A stretch of DNA of 63,785 bases, filler included, from Reticulomyxa filosa (taxonomy: Eukaryota; Protista; Foraminifera), in NCBI GenBank assembly GCA_000512085.1. It is 27 parts of 27 records of this genome, joined end to end, with 100 filler letters (N's around TTAATTAATTAA, not from the genome) between each part and the next. Parts side by side here need not be neighbours in the genome. Positions count along the whole stretch, not along the records: positions 1 to 6,623 come from ASPP01005311.1; positions 6,724 to 13,553 come from ASPP01026384.1; 25 more parts are not named here. One strand, 5' to 3'. A program made the translations under genes and the position numbers. A model generated the notes under the pieces. It was not told the DNA's origin. It did not search any database and worked only from the letters and a program-made list of their open reading frames with translations. How positions within the stretch are numbered: position 1 is the first letter of the stretch; every line of letters starts with the position of its first letter. Positions 1 through 12,961 of the stretch are shown one piece after another.

Positions 1-55
1 AAAAAAAAAAAAAAAAAAGATGGGTTTGAAAAAAAAAAAAAAAAAAAAAACATAC

Positions 56-896
56 CAGAAAAGGCCTTTGCAGTCGGATGAGAAGACGAGTTCTTCAACC
101 AATCATTAACATCTTTTAGGAATTGACTTTTGGCAGCAGCAGCAGCAGTAGCATTGGCAACAGGACGTTTCGGTGGTACCGTCAAAGATTCTGTCGTGCT
201 GGCGGCAGTAGGAATTGTATGTGCTGTTGCTGTTGCTGATGTTGTTGTTGTTGACGCCATTGCGGTTGTTGTCATCGTCGTTGCCATTGTTGCTGTTGGT
301 ACTTGGCGCTCGGGTTCCTTTTTTTCTTGTTCGAACAGCTTTCTTCCCAACATCGTGTCAAACGACACCAACTGCTTCGCGTCTCTTTTTGGAGGGACCT
401 CGGTTCGATTGTTTTTAACCGCCCTTGCGCCCCCCAGCCCAATGGTTCCCTCGCTGTTTCTTCTGGATCCAAAACCACCCAGTGGCTTGGCACTGAAACT
501 TGGCGGCGCGAAACGTGCTACGTCAAAGTCAAACAAACCTTTTGGCAGGTCCGAGTCTGCTGCTGGCAATGTGCCGCCAGGGGCATTTCTTGTCGTCGAA
601 AATATTGATTCCAAATTTTGATCCCTTCCTTTCTTCCCAAATATTGACGACTCTTGATCTCCTGTGCTTTCATTGTCGTCCTCCAGTAATGATTCCTCAA
701 ATGGGTTCGCGAGCCCTTGTGGCAAACGCTTTAGCTGACTCGCAAATGCTGATAACACTTTGTCGCCGTTTTCCATGTCGTCATCCTCGTCTTCATCTTC
801 TTCATCTTCATCATCCTCATCAATACCAAAATCCAACTTCCCGAATAATGAAGGATTGAAATCAACCAGATTTCTTGGAGGATTAAGACCTGACAT
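56..896 (-). CDS. First exon of a hypothetical protein with acidic N-terminus and Thr/Ala-rich region (3' partial)
   Basis: Manual translation from ATG at 896: MSGLNPPRNLVDFNPSLFGKLDFGIDEDDEDEEDEDEDDD..., open for about 280 codons to a GTATG donor at 55. Absent from the ORF track, probably because no stop is reached in the window. Confidence 0.75.
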
Positions 897-1160
897 TTAT
901 TTTTTTTTTTTGGTATTTTTTTGAGGGACGAGTTTTGGGACGTGTAAACAAAAAACTGCTTTGTGAAAAGTAGGCAGTCATATTATGCGTGCCTAGAACA
1001 ACCGAATGATAGAAAGACAGTCATCGATCATACTCTTGTTAGGATCGGCAACACATATTTGCTTGTTTCAAAACAATAGAAAAGAGGCTGCATCTTGTCG
1101 TTGTATTGAGACTTTTATCTATGTTCGCAAGTAGTAATGAAAATTTATTACATATACAAT

Positions 1161-1369
1161 TGTAGGGTAAGTCCCTATTATACAATCTCAAACACTAGTG
1201 GAACGGTGGGACCCTCGGTGGGTTAGAACCCTCTTCACAACACAACTCACTTTTGTGTTTTCCTTTCTTGTGTTGAAATTATTTTTGTTAATTTAATTTC
1301 CTTTTACTGAAGTTGCTTTTTGGAACTAAGTCCTTTCGTATTACACTTAGTCGTCTCACTATTCCTACA
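1161..1369. mobile_element. 209-bp solo-LTR-like (or Ginger-type non-autonomous) insertion
   Basis: Begins TGTAGG and ends CCTACA (6-bp terminal inverted repeat, TG...CA). Flanked by direct repeat CAAT at 1157-1160 and 1370-1373. Confidence 0.7.
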
Positions 1370-2165
1370 CAATCGACAGCTATGAAGATTTATTTGTTTC
1401 TTCTTGAAAAATCAACATTTATTTTTTAATAATATCTACGCACCGTGGAGAACCAAAAATGTATTTGTTTTTAATAAAAGTGTAGAAAACCATACAAAAA
1501 TCGTTAATATTTTTTTATTTTTTGAAAATTATTAGAAAAATTAATGTTTCGCTCTGATATTAAAAGAAAAAAACATTGCACATTTTTTTACTTTCGATTG
1601 TACATCAATAAAAATGTGTAGTATTTATTATGTGAATTAAAGAAATTATTAGCTAACTGAACATGAACAAAAGCATATTTACATATTGATGAAAACATAC
1701 TATTTAAAAAAATATAAATACAAAACTAATTTTTTTTAATAAGCTATATTACATTTAATGTTATATTCATTATCATGCACTTGCAAAACCCAAATTTAAA
1801 CAACGAATGTAAATTAACATCTAAAAAAGATTAGTTGTACAGTATTAATTCGACATGCAATATTTTGCTGGTGTTGATTGTATACATTAATAAGTTTTAG
1901 ATATTCAACAATTGCTTGTTGAATGAAGAAGAAAATTTTTGTCTTGCGTTGCATGTTCACATTCTAATTTGGAAACGCTCATTCATCACTAGGCTAGATC
2001 ACAACAATCATAATTTCAAATATTTTTTGAAACAAGCGTGACTAACTTTATGATGTCACCTTTGAAAAGGTTTTAAAAAAGGATAAATTTACTTGTTTTT
2101 CTAAAAGGCGACACAGCCTCATATCAGCAACAAGGTTTAAACATTTGTTTCACTGACTTTAGTGA

Positions 2166-4541
2166 ATGATGATTTCTATAAAGTCATTTACCGTCCATTT
2201 CTGGCTTTTGGCCTTGCTGTGTTTCAGTTGGGAACAATTTACAGTTTTAGCAATCAAATGAAAAAAAAAATTAAAATGTATCACATAAAAAACATGTGTG
2301 GCGTACAGTAACAAAGTTAGCATCCGGTGCATATTGTTCTGCTCAATCATCGACTACGTGCGCAAATCAAGCCCAGTGTTCGTACAACAGTACCACACAA
2401 GTGTGCGGTAAGAATTGATCCTTTTTTTTTTTTTTGTCCCTTCTCTTCCTCTATTTTCTTTCCTCTTCATACCCTTTTTTTTTTTTTTAAGCATCACGCA
2501 ACGTATACAAACACTTTGAAGGAAAAAAAAAATAAAGTTTTTTTGTTGTGTTGCGATTTGGGGAAAATGCCCAAATAGGATGTGGTCTTAGTTTTAAACA
2601 AGACATAATATTTGTAGTAGATGGAACGACATCGTTGTCCACATCGGACTTTGCAAAAGTAAAATTATTTTTGAACAAAACAGTGCAAAATGCAATCCCA
2701 TGGTCGACCACAAATGGGAAAGCGAGAGTAGGGCTGTACCAATTCAGAGCCACGACCAGCTCACCTTCCTACGTTGTTCATAAATTTCTCAACGCAAGTA
2801 CCACCCAAAGCAACACATTGAAAACCATCAACCAAATGACAAGTCAACAAGCAGACGCAAGCAAAGCAGATGCATGTATGTCACTACAATAAATAAACAA
2901 CAAACAGGCGAAATATGTGGGATAAAGATAGAAAGGGGATCAATAAACTTTTTTTTTTTTTTTATTAATCAAAATTGTTTCTGTAAAAAATAATGGTACA
3001 TTTTTTTAAACAGCGTCAGTGTTGACAGCCATAAGGAACGATTTCAATCGCAACAGTGTTGACAGTCAAAGACGTATCCTGGTGATTATCACAGCAACCC
3101 CTTCAACTATTGAAGTATGTAATGTATACCCAAGAGAAGCAGGTAACAATATTATACAATCATACATGTATATATGTGAGGATTATATGTGTATGTGTGT
3201 AATGTATTTCTTGTATACGCTTATACATATATTTCACACATATATGTGTTGCTGTACAAGATTTTTATACATTGTCACATAGATTAAAAGATAAACAACA
3301 CTAACAAAAAACGACACAGATATATTCACATACGTAATAACCATTGGTTCGACTTGGACCACTACGAAATATCAATGTTTGGTCAGTCTAAGAGACCAAG
3401 GAAATTCGTTCATCCAGTTGAGTAGTGCCTCGAGCTTGACATCCAGTTCCACCACTTTAAACGCTTTGGAAGACCTCACGTGTCCCAGTTAAGTCTTAAC
3501 TTTTTCTGCTTTTTGCGGTTCTTTTTTTTTGGGGGGGGGAAGGGGGAGGGACTCATACATAAATAATACAAATGATTACGTTTCTGAGCAAATAAAATAA
3601 AATGAAATGAAATAAATAAAATAATAAGGAAAACATAAATAAAACAATCAAAATAGCAAAAGCTGTTATCAAAATAACGGAAGTAAAGCCAGTTGCGTCA
3701 ACACTAGGTCCACGATTTGTGGAATTGAAAAACTATGGCTACGACATAGCGTTGAATAGCAAGCCATTGCAATTGCAAGGATTTTGGACCGGAAAAATGA
3801 ATCTAACACAAACCTGGAAACAAGGACAATATTTGGTGGTCTTTAACGGTGCGGATGCAAACCCAACGTGTCCAAATTGTGGGTGCACCAAAAGCTCCAA
3901 ACTCTGTTCCACTGCTTTGTATATAGGCTGTTGTTCGTCTTGCACAGTCAATAGTCCGGCTGTTAAACAAACCAATTGTGGCACTTTTTCAAGCTCTGTG
4001 GTAAGTGTCTCTTGTGCGCTTTTTTTTTTTTTTTTTCTCTTCCTAAATTAAATTGAAAGGGGAGGGGATGATGTTGATTTATTTATTTGTCACATTGATA
4101 TAATAACAATTGAAACGTTAGACTCAAACTAGTTGGTCAGTGACAGCCAAAGTGGCTAGTACGACAATCGACACTGTAACATATGGGAGTGGCTGGCCGG
4201 TTGTGTCCTCGGGCAATTCGTATGAGTTGGTGTATCCTTTGTTTACAGGGGCCTGGGGTTCGTCCTGGGTGATGTCGTGTAACGCGACAGGCACTCCCGG
4301 CTACAAACACGTCCGCTGCGGATGCACTTCCAGCACTTGTAACTTGGCCACCACGGGAAACACATGCAGCAGTGGCATTTGCAACTGTGTAGCTGGATAC
4401 TATCCAAATGAACAAACCTGCGACATTTGTATGTCCTCACTTTTCTTTGCCAAATTTATATAATTTTTTTCAGAGAAAAAAAAAAAAATAATAATAATAA
4501 TAATGATAATGCAATATATAATATATAACACATATATACAC

Positions 4542-4572
<31 letters not shown>

Positions 4573-6623
4573 AGTTCCAATTCCTGCGACTTGCACTGGA
4601 CTGATAAAGAGTTCGGCGACAGTAGATTATACGTGGTCTTTGTCGAAGTGGGATCGTCCGTCACAATACAAACTGAAATACTGCTCATCACGACCACTTG
4701 CACCAGTACAAGCACGGCCTTTGGAGTGTTCAAAACTCAATCCGGCAATTCGTATTCGACAAAGCCTGGCTGGATATCATTGACGTGGCAAAACGACACG
4801 ACCTTTCAGTCCAACTACACCGCCTGCACATTGACCACAATGGCGCCGACGAAACCGCCCACGAAAGCACCCACATACGCCACTCCAAGTATTTTGCATT
4901 GCAATTACACAGTTAGTCAAGATCGCAACAGTTATACCGCCAAATGGAGCTATCCTAGTGGAGGAGACATATCTGCGTTGGGTGCACCGGACTCGTACAA
5001 AATTTATCAAAATCACGCATATAAGGGAAGTTATAGCTCATCGCCAGCTGTGATTTCCTCATCCAACATTGTGGTTGGCAGTACACTGGTCGAAGTCATT
5101 GCCTATTGGACTCGTAATAGTGTTACTTACAGCACCCCTAATAAAACGTGCACGGGCTTCACACTCACGCCGACCAAGGTGCCTACCAAACCACCAACAA
5201 AACCGCCGACCAAAAGACCAACCAAACGTCCCACCTCCAATCCGACCAAGTCACCAACCTATCAACAGCTGACCACTTCTCATTGCATCATTGAATACAT
5301 TTCGGGACAATCGAAAACAGCTTTGATTTATTACACCACGCCCAACTATCAACCACCTCAAACAGTCACTGCAGATGACACTACTTTTGAAGTTTTGCAA
5401 ACGTTTTTATCTTTGTCTACAAATTGAATACAATAAATAAATAAATAAATAAATAATGAATTAGTTGTCTTTTAATTGCAATACGATATTGGACTCGTGG
5501 TCTGCGACATTCTCGCAACCCGTACAACGACCTTTGGGTGTATGGTACGACTTTCAAAAAGATAGCGCATGTTTGCGTCCAACGTGGATTGAGCACAACA
5601 CGAAAATGGTGTATGGTTCATTTGTGCATTGCAATGTGACAACGGCAAGTCCAACAGCGGCCCCAACTCCTGCACCAACAAAGATGCCCACTCGAAGACC
5701 AACAGATCACCCAACATCGGCACCGACAGTCCCGCCGACAAGATCGCCCACTCCATCGCCCACGTTTACTGACATTAATATGACTTGGTGCGAATTTAAG
5801 CTCGAATCTGGAAACCATTATGGCTCGGGATATTTCCATTTAGTTGGTGTTGATCCTCCTAACACGCCACGCGCAAGCAAGATTGAGTACTATTTCTCAT
5901 TTTTCAACAAGGCAACCAACTCCACACAAAAGCGTCCTGTTCCGGCAATCACCCAAAGTTCCCTGTCCTGTATCAATTCCTCCCAAAATGACACTTGTCT
6001 CACTGTGTTTCGAGTTATATCATCGCTGAGCCCAGCGTATAACGTGACCGGCGGTCGCGTCTCTCTGACAACAACGTTCCTTGACGAATATGATTCCCGA
6101 GGATATGCCCGCAAAACCATTGACTGCAACGGTAATATATTTGTATTTATTAAATATTTATTTATTTTTAGTGGAAAAGTTATATAATAATAATAATAAT
6201 AAGATGTTTGGCGTTTGTAAAAAAAAAAAAAAAAAGTTGTGACTGCGGCCCCTACTTCGGCACCGACTGCCTCACCGACTTTCTCTCCAACTCGAGCTCC
6301 CACGTATGGTGGAGTGAATGCGTACTTGGACGTGTTAATGTGCGAATCGACGAGCAATTCTTCCATGCCGAATGACAACAGTACCAGACAATCTGAGCGT
6401 TGTGGATGCACATCTTGGGGCCGAGATTGTGCATTAAACATTCCTATTCTCGTAGCTCCTGAGCAGTCCTCCTCTTCCACTGCCATTTCACTAAAACGCA
6501 ACAAGGCCACATACATTTATGCCGTGAATGTTAGCTTTGAAATCCGCTTTGTCAATCGCACGTTTGCGAAAAACGCGAAATTCAATGAAACTTTGTACTT
6601 GTACAACCAACGCATATCCGGTG
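2166..6623 (+). CDS. Multi-exon secreted/surface mosaic protein: signal peptide, Cys-rich, vWA, lamin-tail-like, EGF-like Cys region, beta-rich modules separated by Pro/Thr stalks (3' partial)
   Basis: MMISIKSFTVHFWLLALLCFSW at 2166. vWA start DIIFVVDGTTS...FAKVKLFL...ARVGLYQF and RILVIIT. IKITEVKP...RFVELKN at about 3660-3735. CNCVAGYYP. PTKPPT/PTAAPT repeats. GT-AG introns (e.g. 6132-6236) join the ORF pieces. Confidence 0.8.
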
Positions 6624-6723
6624 NNNNNNNNNNNNNNNNNNNNNNNNNNNNNNNNNNNNNNNNNNNNTTAATTAATTAANNNNNNNNNNNNNNNNNNNNN
6701 NNNNNNNNNNNNNNNNNNNNNNN
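6624..6723. other. Artificial contig linker N44-TTAATTAATTAA-N44 (first of 26; others start at 13554, 15808, 17872, 19946, 21705, 23361, 25268, 28849, 30837, 33888, 35439, 36635, 38086, 40014, 42661, 44009, 45125, 47734, 48884, 50384, 53524, 55264, 58784, 60710, 62135)
   Basis: Identical 100-nt block with a six-frame stop motif embedded in Ns. Sequence on either side is unrelated. Confidence 0.99.
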
Positions 6724-8142
6724 ATTATTATTATTATTATTATTAGAAACGAAAGAAGACGATTTAGATGGACTATTGCTTTCTTTGTTGGCATTAGCGA
6801 CTTCCATAATGTCCCTGCCCAAAGGTGAAATAGTTTGGAGTGCAACAACAAAGCGGTCATTCGTATTGGGCACAGCGTAGGCAGCGACGTCAGTGCAATG
6901 AGTGAAGAGTTTGCAAATGCGAAAGGCGACGGCGCGACCATTTTTGATTTTGTGTTCGCGAAGGGGAAGTGGGAGACTGATTTCCTTCGCAGTGATCGGG
7001 AGAAAGGTTTTGAAAAACGTTTGGAACCAGAAGCTGTGTCCGACAGCAATGACGATTTGTGGAGTGGTCTTTGAAAACAAAAAAGACATGAAATCGTGCA
7101 TTCTTTGCTGTGGGGTTTTATTGTTCGTATTGGATGGATCCACTTCGCAATATGTCATATCCAATCTCTTTTCGTAATATTCTTTGATATTGATATGCAA
7201 ATCATCCAACAATCCTGACTCTGTTTCGTGTCTCGATGCCGACACTTTCTTATCCTTGTTTACAATCGAACGCGTGTCCGCATTGAATCCGAGCTCTTGC
7301 AAACTCGACAGCACTTTGATTGGCTCCGTTTTGTTCTTCTCCAAACGATACCATAACGATATCATCGCCGTCGATATCGCGCGTCTCAAATTCGATGCTA
7401 CGATGCAGCTTTCTCCTACTCCTTCTGCTCCAATCAACACTTTTTTAATATACTCCTCCGTCATTGGCTCCAAAAATTCTTTCCCCATTTCCACTATTTC
7501 TTCCAACACACTCAATTCCTCGTCGCTATCATCTCCATTGTCACTGCTCTCTTTTTTTTGTTCTTCTTTTCCTTCCTTTTCTTTTTGCTTTCCTATCTTC
7601 TCTTCATTCACTCCTTCTTTTGATTGCTCTTGTTCCGGAGTTCTTCCGCCCTGTTCCGGAACAGTTCCGATGCATTTCCCGCAACTATGTCATTCGCAAT
7701 CAAAGGCGTTTCACCTTGTACCGGTGCTGTGGTTTGTGACTGCACTTGATTTGGCAATGAACTGAGTGTTTCCGTTTGTGATTGTAATTGTAATTGTAAT
7801 TGTAATTGTGATTGTGATGATGATGGCGATGAGTTGGTGACATCAAGTTTGAACTTTTGAATCGCCTGCAACAAGGTAGAGACTTTGTGATGATAAAAGT
7901 CGCTGTCTTTGGATTGGATGAAAGGTCCAATGTGATGTTGCAGAGCGTATTGACACGATTGCAACAATGACCCCAAAGAACTGAGCTCCATCTTCATGCC
8001 AAAGTCTTTGAGAACGGAGTACAAGTGCAAGGCCTCCAAAATCCCCTCTCGGCTCAACGGTGCATCCATTATATTCGCATCCAATCTGTTCGCATTGTCA
8101 TTTGTTTGATTGTCATTGTCATTGCCATTGTTATTATTATTA

Positions 8143-8204
<62 letters not shown>

Positions 8205-8669
8205 GCTATTATTATTAGCTTTGCTCGGAGCCGAGGCATTGCTTCCCATTCGATGCTTATACAATTCCCAAAACCCCTGTGCTGCTGCCACTGTCTTTGA
8301 AAATGTCGATGCCTCAGCTGCATTCCAACGACTTTTCCCGTGGCGAATAAATATCACTGTCCGCCACTCGCCGTCGTTCGAACGAATGTCTCTCCATTGC
8401 TTTGGCGTTGTGGGCTCTTTGCTTTTGGGCTGCTGCTTTGGCGTTTGTAACGTAGGGGACGATAACGGCGGTGGCGGTGGAACTGTGTCTATTGTTGTCC
8501 CCGTTCTTCGTGGGGATTTCTTCTCATTTGTGTCGATCACATTCACTTCTGATGAGTCGCTCACAACGTCCAAATCTATGTCTTGCAACGACAGCTCCAC
8601 CATATCTTCCACTGATGCTTCATTATCCGCATCACTCTCAAATTTTAGGGAATCCCTTGTTTTCCTCAC
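6724..8669 (-). CDS. Histidine phosphatase (phosphoglycerate mutase-like) family protein with poly-Asn insert; one frameshift near 7610-7690; start uncertain, 3' partial
   Basis: VIFIRHGKSRWN (RHG motif), DAPLSREG, IVASNLRRAIST and IVIAVGHS motifs lie across ORFs 7608-8669 and 6676-7611, which are in different frames. Confidence 0.8.
8127..8217. repeat. (TTA)n/(AAT)n microsatellite encoding poly-Asn
   Basis: Direct inspection. Confidence 0.95.
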
Positions 8670-9661
8670 CTCCAGTTTTTCACGTCCTCGAGCTTTATTT
8701 GAACCTTAGAGTTTTTTTCCCACAACGATTAATTAGTGTCCTCTCGGAGAAAAAAGACTTGTGAGAAAAAAACTCTGTTCTTATATTAGTGCTCATTCTT
8801 GTGAAAAGATCACCTTTTTAAATATTTGTGGCACTTTGTTAGAAATTATAGCTAAAAAAGTCATTAACATCTATATTCTCTTTGAAAAGTATTGACCATA
8901 GTTTGTAATAATATTTGTTTTTAAGAAAAGAAAGAAGGTCGTTTGCTCGTCTACACATTATTCAATACAGTTTTTCAAAAACATTAATTGAAACTTTTTC
9001 CTCATCTTGAAATATAGAAAATGTCCACACTTGCCTTTCTTTTTATATAACAAAAACTAAGTTTATTGTTGCTTTATACGACCCACAAAAGTTGCAAATT
9101 TAAGTTATTAATTTCAGATAAACGATTACACTCAATCACCTTTTTGTCTTGCAAAAATATTTGCTATTTATTGGTTGGCTTCACTACAATGATTACCAAA
9201 TATAATTATTTTCCTGCAAATGTGTATACTTTCGTTTTGTTTTGGTCTGCTTGCACAATATTGATGATTTACATTCTTTCAAATGTTGACACAGTTCTAA
9301 GCAGAGGTTAGGTGTTTCAAAACATCTTTGATTTTTATTCACAATTTAAACAATTAAAGCAAATTGATCGACCATTTCACTCATGTGGCAATTGTAAAGC
9401 AAGTACATTGCTGACATTAACATCAATTGAATTTTTGGAAAAAGGAGAAAAACATAAGAACTCAAGGAAAACCAGGACCAGTGAAAAGTCTATTTTATTT
9501 TATTTTGACGTATGTGATAGAGAAATTATGCGAAAATTCGAGCAATGCGCTGTTTATATTTCCTTTTCAGAGTTGTCAAACTTTTAAAGTGTTTCGGAGT
9601 CTTGGGGTTTTTTTACATAAAAATGGGACGTTAATCTTGAACTTGAAAGTGGAAAAATAAA

Positions 9662-11951
9662 ATGGATTGGTTCACTCTTCTTGTGCTAATATTAGGAAGT
9701 GTGGGAGGTTGTTTATGTTTATTGCTATTGTTCATATGTGTGACCTATTGTGTGTCACGTTGGTGCTCGGGACGTCAGGAAGCGGGTTACGGCAACTTGA
9801 ATGGCATGCGACTAGTGTCAAACAGTGGTATAGAAATCCAATCTCAAACCCGGACTCAGATTCACACCCAAGCTCAAAGTCAAAGTCAAAGTCGAATTCC
9901 GTATCAAAACCAGTTGCATATGCAATTGCAAATGGAGACGTATGACAATGAGAGCAAGCAGCAAGAACCCGCACAAAGTTCTTCGTCGTTCCAAGCGCTT
10001 CCAGGATGGAGCAAAAGACGAGTGAGCAAAACAACAGTGGACCGACTGGTCTACCCGCCAATCCACCCTGACCACCCCAGTCAAAGATCGAAGCCGAAAG
10101 TGGCCAACTCGCACGTGTCCGCCATGCCACAGCAAGTGGAGCACGTTATCATTCCAAACCCACACGAGCAAACCCCAAAGACAGTCCCGTCAAGGCCCAT
10201 TGCACATAGTCCAGACTTTTCTAGTTTGCGTATACATATATGTACATATATGTACATATATATATACATATGTATATAAATGTATAAATGATAAATATAT
10301 ATATAAATGTATATACATATATTTATATATAAAGCGCCGGAGATTAGCTCAGGACCAGTATGGTCAACAAAAAATGGACCGATAGTGTCGACAACGACAA
10401 CGACAACAAGTGGACCATTAAGCAGCCCGTCGCTGCTGTACAGCCAGTATACAAACGACCATAGCAATGTGGACTCCATCTTTGTGTTGGCCTTGCCTGG
10501 CCTGTCCGCGACAACCACCACGCCGACGCCAACGACCACAACGACCACGACAACGACGACGATGACGATGACGGACAGTAGCGATGGCAATGCCCACATT
10601 GCGCGAATACTAATGAATCCTACGTTGTTTCATCGCCTGGCCTCTGGCAAGGCCGGATTCACAGACTCGTCCTTGGCTACGCCACTCAGTCAATCTAACG
10701 AAGTCAAGCTATCGTCATCGTCGTCATCGTCGTCGTCGTCGTCAGCACAACGTGCAGGCACGCTCGACAAAAGACGAACGTCCAACGCAGAACCGACACC
10801 GGGCAGTTTGGAGGAAATCAAAATCCAAGATATCACTTTCGAACGCTGTATCGGGGGCGGCAAGTTCGGAAAGGTCTACAAAGCACTGTGGATCTCACGC
10901 TTTGTCGCTGTCAAATGTCTGCGCGCTGATGAGGTTAATCAAAAGGCTTTCAATGATTTCGCAAGAGAAATTCGTTTTGATTTTTTATTTATTTATGTAT
11001 ACTTTTGTATATATATTTTTATATGTGCATGTTTTGCATGTAATTGAACCTTTTTTTATATATGTATATATGTATATATATATATATATATAAAGACATA
11101 ATGTCGAAACTTCCACCTCACGATAACGTGATACGGATCTTTGGATATACGAAGCAACCGTACCGGATCGTGATGGAGTATTTGAACGGCGGATCGATGG
11201 AGGTGACGCTGTCTTTGACGCATCGCGATTCCAAACGGCATTACTTTACGTTTCGAGAAGTCATTGGAATGATGTGTCAAGCAGTTTCTTAACATTATTA
11301 TATACTGTATACGTACAATCTAATACAATATATATGTATACATATATATACATGTATGTAAATCTATTATATATTATATGATTTTAAAAAAAAAAAAAAA
11401 AGGCAAAAGGGATATTACATTTGCACAAAGCGAATATCGTGCATCGGGATATAGCGGCGAGAAATATTCTGTTGGAGTACGTAGCGGTGAACGAGAACAA
11501 AGGGTCTCGAGTGCGAGCGGTGGTGAGCGACTTTGGACTGAGTCGAATAGCGGAGCAAGGTGCGGATCGCCAGCACTACACGGAGAGCAGCATAGGTCCA
11601 ATCAAGTGGATGAGTCCAGAGTCGATAGTGACGAATGGAAATGCGTACAACGCGAAGACGGACGCGTACAGCTTTGGCATAATGATGTGGGAAGTGTTTG
11701 CCGGGTCGGAACCTTATCCCAATCTCACCAAAACAAGTGTGGCGGCCCAAGTGTTGCATAAAAAATGTCGTCCTTTTGTACCTATCCATTGGCCCACGCC
11801 TTTGACTTATTTGATTCAACGCTGCTGGCAATACAATCCCGATTTCCGGCCCTGTTTTTTTCAAATCGTTTCTCAGCTATCCCATTTGAGTGGTATTATG
11901 GATACGTGCAATGTTCTGACTGCACCCGACTATATCGCCGATCATCCATCC

Positions 11952-11982
<31 letters not shown>

Positions 11983-12961
11983 CTCATGTCCAAATACAAA
12001 CTGATAAACTTGTCTCTTTGGATATTTCCCAACTTCAATATATTCGCAATTACAAGCTGCCTTCTATCTTGCATTCGCCCACCATCGCCACGCTCGTCGA
12101 ACTCCCCGACCTAATTCAAACCTATCATCCCAATGACGATACCAAACTACTCTTTCCAAATATGCATTTGGATCCCTCTTCCATCCCACTTCAAGTCCAA
12201 TCACCTTCACAACCTTCTGTAGGTTATTATTATCTCTCCCCCTTTTTTTTTTTTTTTTTGTCATGCATATATACGTATACATTTATATAAAATTTTGCAT
12301 TTTTAAATACAAAAAATATGTGCCGTCAGGGGATAAAAAAAAAGAAGAAGAAAAAAGAAATGAGAAAGGAGGAAAAAAAGAAGAAGAGATAATACATGAA
12401 ACGGAGAGAGAAGAGACATTTGTGTTGGAAGAATACGAGGCTGAGAGGGAACCCCGTCCTTCAAGTGAACACGTGATTCAAGTTCATTCAAAGGTACTCT
12501 CGACAAGTATTGTGACATCTCCTCCAACGAAAATCCATCACGAGCTAAATCAAAATAGCGAAAGGATCAGCAAAATTGAAAATGAGGCTGGATTGTTGCC
12601 TGTCACGGACGACATGGGCTCCGATCAAAGAGGATCCATTGTCTTAGATATGGAAGCTCCTGACAAGTCTGCTTTTGAAGAGTCGTATGGCGCTAAACAC
12701 AATGAAGCGGCTGTGAAACAGACAGCAATCAGACCAAGTGTGGTCCATCGATTTAGTGCTGCTGGAAATGTGCTACAGTTACCACACAGAGATCAAACCT
12801 CCGTTCATATCACCGACAAAGATGCTGTCAGTAAAGAGTTGTTTACTGCTTTGGAACGAAATGCACCACATTTTAGTGGTCAAGGAAATAGTAGCATTAG
12901 TCATGAGGAAAGTCACACTCAAAGTAGTCATGATCAGGCTGCAGATGTTTCACACAATTGA
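9662..12961 (+). CDS. Membrane-anchored protein kinase (TK/TKL-type), multi-exon
   Basis: N-terminal hydrophobic Cys-rich segment; [49 protein letters not shown]...P..RP. Intron 11284-11402 restores [11 protein letters not shown]. Confidence 0.93.

Noticed and set aside
6624-6723. Regularly recurring TTAATTAATTAA as a biological repeat or CRISPR-like array
   Set aside because: Always centred in 88 Ns: a synthetic six-frame-stop linker. ORFs ending in X...LIN are artefacts of it.
8025-8709. Poly-Ile/poly-Leu membrane-protein ORFs (also 33024-33395, 34170-34944, 34559-35086)
   Set aside because: Alternative-frame or antisense readings of coding microsatellites in real genes.
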